Below are positions 6,669-14,959 of a stretch of 59,854 nucleotides of DNA, piece after piece; the stretch's first letter is position 1, and each line of letters begins with the position of its first letter. A program made the position numbers and the translations under genes. Below the pieces are notes generated by a model that worked only from the letters and a program-made list of their open reading frames with translations, was not told the origin of the DNA and did no database searches. Origin of the DNA: a virus (Duplodnaviria; Caudoviricetes); the IMG/VR virus record IMGVR_UViG_3300020352_000627, positions 1-59,854 of that record; one strand, given 5' to 3'.

Positions 6669-8482
6669 TCAACAGTAACACTCTTTGCTAAATTTCTTGG
6701 TTTGTCAACATTACATCCTCGACCTTCCGCACAATGCAAAGCGAATAGCTGTAATGGAACTAAAGACATAAATGGAGTAATTATGTCATCGCATGACGGA
6801 ACCTTTATATTATACTTTCCTATATTATCATCATTGTCGTGATTCAATATAGCTATAATCTGACCGCCCCTAGATTCTATCTCCATCTTATTATTTAAAA
6901 TCTTATTATATTCTTTACTATGGTTCGCTATTACTACTACAGGCATCTTATTATCAACTAAAGCTATAGGCCCATGTTTCATTTCTGCTGCCGGATATCC
7001 TTCAGCGTGTATATAAGATATCTCTTTTAACTTTAAAGCGCCCTCTAGAGCTATTGGAAAGTTATAACCCCTACCTAAAAACAAACAATTCTTTTTATTA
7101 TAAAACCTTTCAGCCAACCCTCTTAATTCTGCACAATCTTTAATAGCTTCTGTCATTAGTATGGGTAAATCTTTTATACTATCTATAACCTTTTTTCTTT
7201 TACGTAAATCTGTATGATTCGTAGTTTGATCTATCATTAGAGCTAATAACAATAATGATAAACATTGATTTGTAAAAGCTTTGGTACTAGCAACTCCTAC
7301 TTCTATACCGCATCGTGTATAAATTCCACACTCTGTCATCTTACTTATTTGTGAATTAATAGTATTACAAATTCCTATCGTAATAGCACCTTTTTCTTTT
7401 GCTAATCTCAAAGCAGCAATAGTATCTGCTGTTTCTCCTGACTGAGATATGCCTATTACAATATCTCCGTTTTCAATGACAGGATCTCGATATCTAAACT
7501 CACTTGCATATTCTACATTTATTCCTACTCCTGCTAACTCTTCTATATAATACTTACCCAATAAACCAGCATGCCAACTAGAACCACAACCTAAAAGTGT
7601 AATCCTTCTAGCTCTAATAAACATTTTCTTATTATCAAAACCGCCCAGTTTAATCTTATAGCCATCTATTCTGCCTAACAAACATTCACTAATAGCCTTT
7701 GGCTGCTCATGTACTTCTTTTAACATAAAACTAGAATAATTTTCTTTAGTAATTTCATATGCGTGATTATATACTTTTTCTAGATTGCATTGTGTAACAT
7801 CCTTAACATTACTATCATAGTGTTCTATCTTGTCTTTTTGTATCTTGGTTATATAACCATCCTCTAGAGAGATAATATTATGAGTATCTTTATTAAATGC
7901 ACTTACATCGCTGGCTATATAATAGTTATTGTCTTGTACCCCTATACACAAGCTACTTCCTTTCTTGGCACATACTAATGTATCAGGGTTTTGTTGATCT
8001 AATAGGATAAAAGCATATGCCCCTACTACTTTTTCTGTAGCTATCTTTACAGTATTAAATAAGTCCCCCACACCTTGAAGCACATCATATATTAGATATA
8101 GCAATATTTCAGAATCCGTATCTGAATTAATTGTATATTTGTCTCCCAAACTATCCTTTATTTCTTTATAGTTTTCTATGATTCCATTATGAACCAAAGC
8201 TAGGGAGTTATTATATGTTACATGAGGATGAGCATTTCTTTTACAGGCTTTACCATGCGTAGCCCACCTAGTATGACCTATTCCTATATTTCCGGTATAT
8301 TTCTTAGAAACATCCAAATCTTCTATACTACCACTTTGTTTGAATGTTTTTATCTGACCGTCTTTTTTATTTATAAAGGATATACCTGCGCTATCATACC
8401 CTCTATATTCTAATCTTTTTAAACCTTCTATTAAAAAAGGTACAGCGTTGTCTTTTCCTAAATAACCTACTATTCCACACAT
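6665..8482 (-). CDS. glmS: Glutamine--fructose-6-phosphate aminotransferase
   Basis: MCGIVG, LEYRGYDSAG, GHTRWATHG, SQSGETADT, C-terminal PRNLAKSVTVE. Confidence 0.98.
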   Translation of the reverse strand: MCGIVGYLGKDNAVPFLIEGLKRLEYRGYDSAGISFINKKDGQIKTFKQSGSIEDLDVSKKYTGNIGIGHTRWATHGKACKRNAHPHVTYNNSLALVHNGIIENYKEIKDSLGDKYTINSDTDSEILLYLIYDVLQGVGDLFNTVKIATEKVVGAYAFILLDQQNPDTLVCAKKGSSLCIGVQDNNYYIASDVSAFNKDTHNIISLEDGYITKIQKDKIEHYDSNVKDVTQCNLEKVYNHAYEITKENYSSFMLKEVHEQPKAISECLLGRIDGYKIKLGGFDNKKMFIRARRITLLGCGSSWHAGLLGKYYIEELAGVGINVEYASEFRYRDPVIENGDIVIGISQSGETADTIAALRLAKEKGAITIGICNTINSQISKMTECGIYTRCGIEVGVASTKAFTNQCLSLLLLALMIDQTTNHTDLRKRKKVIDSIKDLPILMTEAIKDCAELRGLAERFYNKKNCLFLGRGYNFPIALEGALKLKEISYIHAEGYPAAEMKHGPIALVDNKMPVVVIANHSKEYNKILNNKMEIESRGGQIIAILNHDNDDNIGKYNIKVPSCDDIITPFMSLVPLQLFALHCAEGRGCNVDKPRNLAKSVTVE

Positions 8483-8550
8483 ATCTGTCGATTGTTCCTC
8501 TAATCTTTCGTGTCATATACTCTGCATCGACGACTTAGCTTGCAAACTAT

Positions 8551-8802
8551 TTATGGATCTAGATTAGGATTGTTTTGGCTTGTAGGTATTCCCTGACTGT
8601 CTGAAATAGCAATAAACTGCTTTCTTCTGCCTTTTGGCTTAACAATCCCTAATTTTCTTCTTTGTCTCCTAATCATACTTGTAGTAACATTACTATTAGA
8701 CATTTGGGTTAATTTACCTGCTAGTTCTACATCGCTCATAGAATCCTTATTTTGCTTAATGAACTCCAACTCAGAATTTTGCCATTTTTTATAAGTGGCC
8801 AT
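8551..8802 (-). CDS. Small helix-turn-helix DNA-binding protein
   Basis: KKW-xxx-E-xx-FI...ELA...RRKLGI pattern. Confidence 0.65.
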   Translation of the reverse strand: MATYKKWQNSELEFIKQNKDSMSDVELAGKLTQMSNSNVTTSMIRRQRRKLGIVKPKGRRKQFIAISDSQGIPTSQNNPNLDP

Positions 8803-8829
8803 GTTTTGTCCTTTTTCGTGTAAATTATA

Positions 8830-8860
8830 TTGACTACTTTAAGTTACATGTTACTATAAT
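8830..8860 (+). promoter_or_regulatory. sigma70-like promoter upstream of the phage sigma operon
   Basis: TTGACT-N16-TACTAT with extended -10 TG; overlapping TATAAT. Confidence 0.55.
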
Positions 8861-8892
8861 AAATAATTGATCACTTTGAGCAAGGAGAAAAA

Positions 8893-9138
8893 ATGCAACC
8901 ATTTGAAGGCACGCCGTTAGAAACAGTACTACATACAAAGGCCTCCAAAGACTTAGATGTATCACTAGATTTGGAAGCTAAATCCACTGCATCCATAAAT
9001 GAATTACTAAATGACCAAAAAAACAAAAGTAACGAAACAGACGAAGAAGATAACGAGGAACACACAGAAAGCTCTCAAGAAGACACAGAAGAATCCGACC
9101 AAGAATCAATCTCTTCCGAAAGAGAAAAAACACAATAA
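8893..9138 (+). CDS. Acidic hypothetical protein
   Basis: AAGGAG SD; 81 aa; overlaps the next ORF by 128 nt. Confidence 0.6.
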   Translation: MQPFEGTPLETVLHTKASKDLDVSLDLEAKSTASINELLNDQKNKSNETDEEDNEEHTESSQEDTEESDQESISSEREKTQ

Positions 9139-9784
9139 AGATTCTTACTTAAATGGTGTCTGCGAGAAAGAGTTTCTGGAAGCACTCGAAAATATCACAA
9201 AAAGATTGGCCATAAAATTTAAATTTGGATACCACGAAATTGAAGATATGAAACAACAAGCAGCTATATTTGCTATAGAAGGCTTGCAAAATTACGACAA
9301 AAGCAGACCATTAGAAAACTTTCTTTGGACACACGTTAGAAATCGCCTATTTAATTACAAGCGTAATAATTATCAACGTCCAGATAAACCCTGTCAATCT
9401 TGCCAATTCTTCGACAAACACTACGCTAAATCTGACAATCAATGCACAGAGCATAAGGATAAACTAAACTGTGAACTATATGCCTCTTGGTTTAATCGTA
9501 ATGACGCCAAGAAGAACATAATGCAACCACAGTATATATCTGAAAATCAGAATATTACATCTTCCCTCACAAAGGACTCATTCCTGCAAAACCTAGAAAA
9601 CAAAGAGATTATAGGATTTCTAGATGACAATGTAGAGTCACAATATAGAGAATCATACCTTAAACTTAAACATGGAGCTAAAGTACCTAAATCTGAAGTA
9701 GTTAAATTACAGAAGTATATTGAATCCCTTATAGAGAACTTTAAATGTCTAAATCAAAAATCCCCAAAAAAAGAGGCCAATTAA
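9011..9784 (+). CDS. Phage RNA polymerase sigma factor (sigma70 region 2-like) with Cys4 insert
   Basis: EDMKQQAAIFAIEGLQNYDKSRPLENFLWTHVRNRLFNYKR fits region 2.2-2.4; start uncertain. Confidence 0.75.
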   Translation: MTKKTKVTKQTKKITRNTQKALKKTQKNPTKNQSLPKEKKHNKDSYLNGVCEKEFLEALENITKRLAIKFKFGYHEIEDMKQQAAIFAIEGLQNYDKSRPLENFLWTHVRNRLFNYKRNNYQRPDKPCQSCQFFDKHYAKSDNQCTEHKDKLNCELYASWFNRNDAKKNIMQPQYISENQNITSSLTKDSFLQNLENKEIIGFLDDNVESQYRESYLKLKHGAKVPKSEVVKLQKYIESLIENFKCLNQKSPKKEAN

Positions 9785-10560
9785 GCCTAGAGGAAGAACA
9801 ATACATAAAGGATAATATAGACAAATTATCTATAGAAGACATATCTTCCCACCTAAACCGTACAACTGGCCCTATTAAAAAATATATAGATAAAAACCGC
9901 TTACTCTCAGGAGAAGACGATAAACAGATAGAGTTCCTTAGATCTAAACTACATAGTAAAACCTTCTGGAGTGAAATAGTAAAACAGTTTGACGAAACCA
10001 CTGGTGAACTACTATATTTTGAAAATACATGGATTGGTCTTATTAAACAGTTCAGGGAAGACGTACTTCCTGCAGAAGAATTACAAATAAAACAATTTAT
10101 CACCATAGACATTCTTATTAATAGGAGTATGAAAGAACGCAAACGCCATATTAGTGAAACTGAGAAGTTACAGAGACAAGTAGATTCTGAGTATGAATTG
10201 AAAGAGGCCGATAGAGATCTTAACAAGTTGGCCAATTTAGAGACCCAGTTGAGTTTTGCAAGAAACAGCATTGCTAACTATACTAATGAATATACCAAAT
10301 TACTGGCCGAACAACAAAAGATAAGTAAAGATCTAAAGGCTACAAGAGAACAGAGAATCAAGCGGATCGAGGATGGAAAAAGCAGTTGGGTAGGATTAAT
10401 ACGTATGCTAGAGGATGAAGAGCTAAGAGAAAAGCAAGGCAAGGAAATGGAAATCCTTAATATGGCATCCAAAAGCTTTAAAGAGAAACTTTCAGATTTA
10501 CACACCTATGAAGACAAGGGAGTAGACCAGCCGTTTCTATTACCAGAAAATCAGGAATAA
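9745..10560 (+). CDS. HTH + coiled-coil protein, candidate terminase small subunit
   Basis: N-terminal HTH-like segment and long coiled coil, upstream of TerL; function inferred only. Confidence 0.5.
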   Translation: MSKSKIPKKRGQLSLEEEQYIKDNIDKLSIEDISSHLNRTTGPIKKYIDKNRLLSGEDDKQIEFLRSKLHSKTFWSEIVKQFDETTGELLYFENTWIGLIKQFREDVLPAEELQIKQFITIDILINRSMKERKRHISETEKLQRQVDSEYELKEADRDLNKLANLETQLSFARNSIANYTNEYTKLLAEQQKISKDLKATREQRIKRIEDGKSSWVGLIRMLEDEELREKQGKEMEILNMASKSFKEKLSDLHTYEDKGVDQPFLLPENQE

Positions 10561-10564
10561 TATT

Positions 10565-11569
10565 ATGAAAACAGCTTTAGTAAGCGGAATCACAGGACAA
10601 GACGGATCATATCTGGCAGAGTATCTACTAGAATTAGGATACAAGGTAGTAGGTCTACATAGAAGATCTAGCAATAATAATACTAGCAGAATAGATTCTT
10701 TTTTGCGGCATACAAATTTCATTCTTAATGAGTTCGATTTGACAGACCCTTCAGATTGTGGTTCCACGCTTAAAGAGTATCAGCCTGATGAATTTTATAA
10801 TCTAGCCGCACAGAGTCATGTAGGAACCAGTTTCAAACAGCCTACAACTACGTTTGAAATAAATGCCGTAGGTGTCACAAATGTCTTAGAATCTATTAGA
10901 TTGCATTCTCCGCACACTAGATTCTACCAAGCTAGCACAAGTGAGATGTTTGGGCGAAATTATTTAGTTGATGCAGATGGAGAGAAATATCAAAATGAAG
11001 AAACTCATATGCTTCCTCAGAGCCCATACGCGTGTTCTAAACTGTGCTCTCACCATATGGTACACATATATAGACACTCTTACGACTTGTTTGGTTGTAG
11101 CGGTATACTATTTAATCACGAAAGTCCTCGCAGAGGATCCAATTTTGTCACAAGAAAAATTACTATATATTTAGCAAAATTGATTAATGGACTAATTAAT
11201 AAAGATGAAAAATTAAGACTAGGTAATATTAATGCGTATAGAGATTGGGGTCACGCTCAAGATTATGTTAAATCTATGCATATGATGTTAAATTACGATA
11301 AACCCGATGATTATGTCATCGCAACAGGAAAAACCCACAGTGTCAAAGATTTCCTAAAAGAGGCTTTTCAATTATTCGATATGGATTATAATGACTATAT
11401 AATGATTGATCCCGCCTTTTACAGGCCTTGTGAGGTAGAATTTCTGAAAGGAGATTCTACTAAAGCTAAAGAGACTCTTGGTTGGCAGCCGGAGTATGAT
11501 TTTAAGAAGTTAGTGGCCAATATGGTGTATAGTGATTTGGAAGCATTTAAAAATGAAAAGAAACTTTAA
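10565..11569 (+). CDS. gmd: GDP-mannose 4,6-dehydratase
   Basis: GITGQDGSYL, NLAAQSHV, QASTSEMFG, FNHESPRRG, RDWGHA. Confidence 0.97.
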   Translation: MKTALVSGITGQDGSYLAEYLLELGYKVVGLHRRSSNNNTSRIDSFLRHTNFILNEFDLTDPSDCGSTLKEYQPDEFYNLAAQSHVGTSFKQPTTTFEINAVGVTNVLESIRLHSPHTRFYQASTSEMFGRNYLVDADGEKYQNEETHMLPQSPYACSKLCSHHMVHIYRHSYDLFGCSGILFNHESPRRGSNFVTRKITIYLAKLINGLINKDEKLRLGNINAYRDWGHAQDYVKSMHMMLNYDKPDDYVIATGKTHSVKDFLKEAFQLFDMDYNDYIMIDPAFYRPCEVEFLKGDSTKAKETLGWQPEYDFKKLVANMVYSDLEAFKNEKKL

Positions 11570-11840
11570 TGACCCGGTTTATAAAAAATGGCGGAAAGAC
11601 GTTTACAAGAGAGATAAATTCTGTTGTAGATGGCCTAATTGTAAATCTCGTTACAAGATAAATGCACATCATATTAAAACTTGGTCAGACTTTCCTCATT
11701 TGAGATACGAAATAAATAACGGAATAACACTTTGCAAGCAGCATCATGATATGATAAGAGGAATGGAAGATCAATATAGTACAGCGTTTTTAAAAATATT
11801 ATTACAGGATTCTCAGAAAAACAAAGGAAAAAAGAAATGA
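11553..11840 (+). CDS. HNH endonuclease
   Basis: WR-x-x-V-x-x-RD...C..C...HHI...NGITLC..HH. Confidence 0.9.
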   Translation: MKRNFNDPVYKKWRKDVYKRDKFCCRWPNCKSRYKINAHHIKTWSDFPHLRYEINNGITLCKQHHDMIRGMEDQYSTAFLKILLQDSQKNKGKKK

Positions 11841-12424
11841 TAAAACTAGAAAATAAAATTACTATTCAGCCTCCTCCTTATACGGAAGGAGACAAAGTAA
11901 TCACTCCTGACGCAATAACAACTGATGAATTAGATGTTGTATATCATGACCAGCTTTCCACGAATACAATAGTAGCCACATTTGCTAATGTTCCAGGACA
12001 ATTTGTAGTTTTAAAAGGAGATGAATACAAAGCTTTAAATGGAGAAATTAGCCATGAGATTTTACAATACAAGCTATTGATGCTTCTGGGAGAAGATGTT
12101 GAGAAAACTCTTAATAATCAATTTCCTAAAACTTTAGAGCAAGATCCTGATGGCCCAGGAAGTATCTTAACCAATATGATTAAAACCATAGGTATTAAGT
12201 CTTCTTCTAATTGCAGTTGTCGTAAACACGCTTTGGAAATGAATGATAAAGGACCAGATTGGTGCGAAGAGAATATGGATACAATATTGTCTTGGCTAAA
12301 AGAAGAAAGTGCTAAGCGGAAACTTCCTTATGTAGAGTTTGTTGCTAAGTCTATGGTGCAGAGAGCTATTTATAAATCAAGAAAACTTAAGGCAGCTAAA
12401 GAGATAGATGCTGCTAGTACATAA
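11837..12424 (+). CDS. Hypothetical protein with C-terminal GPG...CxC...MN...WC domain
   Basis: 195-aa ORF, translationally coupled on both sides. Confidence 0.7.
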   Translation: MIKLENKITIQPPPYTEGDKVITPDAITTDELDVVYHDQLSTNTIVATFANVPGQFVVLKGDEYKALNGEISHEILQYKLLMLLGEDVEKTLNNQFPKTLEQDPDGPGSILTNMIKTIGIKSSSNCSCRKHALEMNDKGPDWCEENMDTILSWLKEESAKRKLPYVEFVAKSMVQRAIYKSRKLKAAKEIDAAST

Positions 12425-12900
12425 TGAAGAATGAAGACTTTAGAATTATTGTCGACACTAGAGAACAGCAACCTTGGTCTTTTGAAGACTACAGTACCAG
12501 TATAGCCAAACTTGATACTGGCGATTATTCTATAGAGGGTCTTGAGGATACCATATGTATTGAAAGAAAAAAGTCTGTTAGTGAGGTAGCCAATAATATT
12601 ACGGAGTCTAGATTTAAGGATGTTATAAACAGACTTAAAGAGATTAAATACCCTTTCATATTACTAGAATTTGACTTAAATGATGTTCTTAGATATCCTC
12701 AAGGGTCTAATGTTCCAAAAAGAATGTGGAGCAAAATTAGAATATCTCCAGCCTTTATAATGAAAAATATATTAGACTTAGAACTTAAACATAATATCAA
12801 TGTTATCTTTTGTGGTGATGATGCTAGTGCTAGTAAATTAGCTAGTATGATTTTCAAAAGGATGTACTACCATATCGCTAAGGAATCTAACAATGACTAA
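12424..12900 (+). CDS. ERCC4 (XPF/Mus81)-type nuclease
   Basis: IIVDTREQ, GDY, ERK motifs. Confidence 0.9.
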   Translation: MKNEDFRIIVDTREQQPWSFEDYSTSIAKLDTGDYSIEGLEDTICIERKKSVSEVANNITESRFKDVINRLKEIKYPFILLEFDLNDVLRYPQGSNVPKRMWSKIRISPAFIMKNILDLELKHNINVIFCGDDASASKLASMIFKRMYYHIAKESNND

Positions 12901-14908
12901 TTACGATAATGCTTGGCTAGGATTAGGAGACTTATCTAGTTTAGAAGTTAAAAATCCTATGATTCATAGGTCTAAGCAAGATATAGAAATTCCAGATTTA
13001 CATCTAATGAAATTGATGAGAGATACGGATTATATCGGAGCTACAGTTAAAATGCTTTTTGATATAGAGCTTCATCCGATACAGATGGTTATCTTACAAG
13101 AATTTTGGAACCGACCTTTTCCTATGTTTATAGCAAGTCGTGGTTTTGGTAAATCTTTTCTAATGAGTTTATATTGTATCTTGAAATGTACTTTTGTTCC
13201 GGGAACTAAGATAGTGGTAGTAGGTGCTGCTTTTAGACAGAGTAAAATTATATTTGAATATATGGAAAATATATGGAAAAATAGTCCTGTACTTAGAAGT
13301 ATCTTTAGCGGAAATAATGATGGTCCTCGTAGAGATGTAGATAGATGTACTATGAGATTGGGTGATAGTTGGACGATAGCTATCCCTATGGGTGACGGTA
13401 GTAAGATTAGAGGTTTAAGGGCGCATATTATTATTGCTGATGAATTTGCTTCTATATCTCCAGATATATATGAAACAGTTGTTGCTGGTTTTGCTGCCGT
13501 TAGCGCTAGTCCTATAGAAAATGTAAAACAAGAAGCTCGTAAGAAAGCTATGCAAGATGCTGGACTATGGAGTGATCAACTAGATGAACTATCCTCTAAA
13601 AAAAGTAATCAAGCCATTATATCAGGTACAGCAGATTATGGATTTAAACATTTTGCTCAGTATTGGCAAAGATACAAGACAATCGTAGAGAGCAAAGGAG
13701 ACCCTAAGAAACTACAAGAAATATTTAAAGGAGAAGTTCCAGAAGATTTTAACTGGAAAGACTATAGTGTTATAAGAATACCTTATGAATTAATTCCTAA
13801 AGGATTTATGGATGACAAACAGGTATCTAGAGCCAAGGCTACTATACATACCGGAATATACAATATGGAATATGCTGCGTGTTTTGTGAATGATAGCGAA
13901 GGATTTTTTAGAAGAAGTCTTATTGAGAGTTGTGTGACAGGCAATAGTAATCCAATTAAAATTGGAGAAAAAGAAATTATTTTTGAAGCTAAGGTAAAAG
14001 GAGATCCTGATCTACAATATATCTATGGTATTGACCCAGCCTCAGAAAAAGATAATTTTTGTATAGTGATTCTAGAATTACATTCAGACCATAGCAGAGT
14101 GGTTCATGTTTGGACTACTAATAGATCTAATTTTCAAGATAGACAAAAAACAGGATTAGTTAACGAACATGATTTTTATGGATTTTGTGCTAGAAAGATA
14201 AGGGATCTGATGAAGATTTTTCCTTGCGCACGAATAGGTTTGGATGCCCAAGGAGGAGGCGTTGCAATAGAAGAAGCTTTACATGATCCTTCTAAATTAC
14301 AAGAAGGAGAAGTTCCTATATGGCCAGCCATTAATCCTAATAAAGCAAAAGAGACAGATGGTAAAGCAGGATTGCATATTCTAGAACTGGTGCAGTTCGC
14401 TAAGGCGGATTGGACAGCACAGGCCAATCACGGACTACGCAAAGATCTAGAAGACAAATTATTACTATTCCCAAGATTTGATGATTTAAGCATAGGTTTG
14501 TCTATGTTAGAAGAAGGAAAAGATATTTTAGAATCCGATAATACCAATGTTTATGATAGTCTAGGAGATTGTATTATGGACATTGAGGAACTAAAGAATG
14601 AATTAACTACCATTGTAATGACCCAAACTAGCACAGGTCCAAATGCTAGAGATAGATGGGATACTCCTGAAGTTAAGATGCACGGAGGTAAACGGGGAAG
14701 ATTACGTAAAGATAGATATAGTTCTTTAGTTATAGCAAATATGTTAGCGAGACAAATACATAGACAAGAAGCTCCTATATCTTATGATGTTATTGGAGGT
14801 AATCTTAGAGATAGTCACTCTAAAAAAGACGGAGAAATGTATAAAGGTCCAGATTGGTTTACTTCCGGAGCAAATGATGGAGACATTTATACTGGAATTT
14901 ACAGATAA
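12893..14908 (+). CDS. terL: Terminase large subunit
   Basis: Walker A ASRGFGKS, IRGLR, Walker B IIIADE, RNase-H-like YGIDPA and KDRYS. Confidence 0.93.
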   Translation: MTNYDNAWLGLGDLSSLEVKNPMIHRSKQDIEIPDLHLMKLMRDTDYIGATVKMLFDIELHPIQMVILQEFWNRPFPMFIASRGFGKSFLMSLYCILKCTFVPGTKIVVVGAAFRQSKIIFEYMENIWKNSPVLRSIFSGNNDGPRRDVDRCTMRLGDSWTIAIPMGDGSKIRGLRAHIIIADEFASISPDIYETVVAGFAAVSASPIENVKQEARKKAMQDAGLWSDQLDELSSKKSNQAIISGTADYGFKHFAQYWQRYKTIVESKGDPKKLQEIFKGEVPEDFNWKDYSVIRIPYELIPKGFMDDKQVSRAKATIHTGIYNMEYAACFVNDSEGFFRRSLIESCVTGNSNPIKIGEKEIIFEAKVKGDPDLQYIYGIDPASEKDNFCIVILELHSDHSRVVHVWTTNRSNFQDRQKTGLVNEHDFYGFCARKIRDLMKIFPCARIGLDAQGGGVAIEEALHDPSKLQEGEVPIWPAINPNKAKETDGKAGLHILELVQFAKADWTAQANHGLRKDLEDKLLLFPRFDDLSIGLSMLEEGKDILESDNTNVYDSLGDCIMDIEELKNELTTIVMTQTSTGPNARDRWDTPEVKMHGGKRGRLRKDRYSSLVIANMLARQIHRQEAPISYDVIGGNLRDSHSKKDGEMYKGPDWFTSGANDGDIYTGIYR

Positions 14909-14910
14909 TT

Positions 14911-14949
14911 AGTGTATTAGATATTAATCCCATTACAATCCCATTACAA
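14911..14949 (+). promoter_or_regulatory. RGTGTA motif plus 11-bp tandem repeat in the portal leader
   Basis: AGTGTA at 14911; AATCCCATTAC x2 at 14926-14947. Confidence 0.55.
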
Positions 14950-14959
14950 AAGCAATACG

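Noticed and set aside
8524-8551. sigma28-like promoter for glmS (AATAGTTT-N12-GTCGATGC, sharing CATCGACGAC with 3607)
   Set aside because: The -35 match is too weak to call; kept only as a possibility
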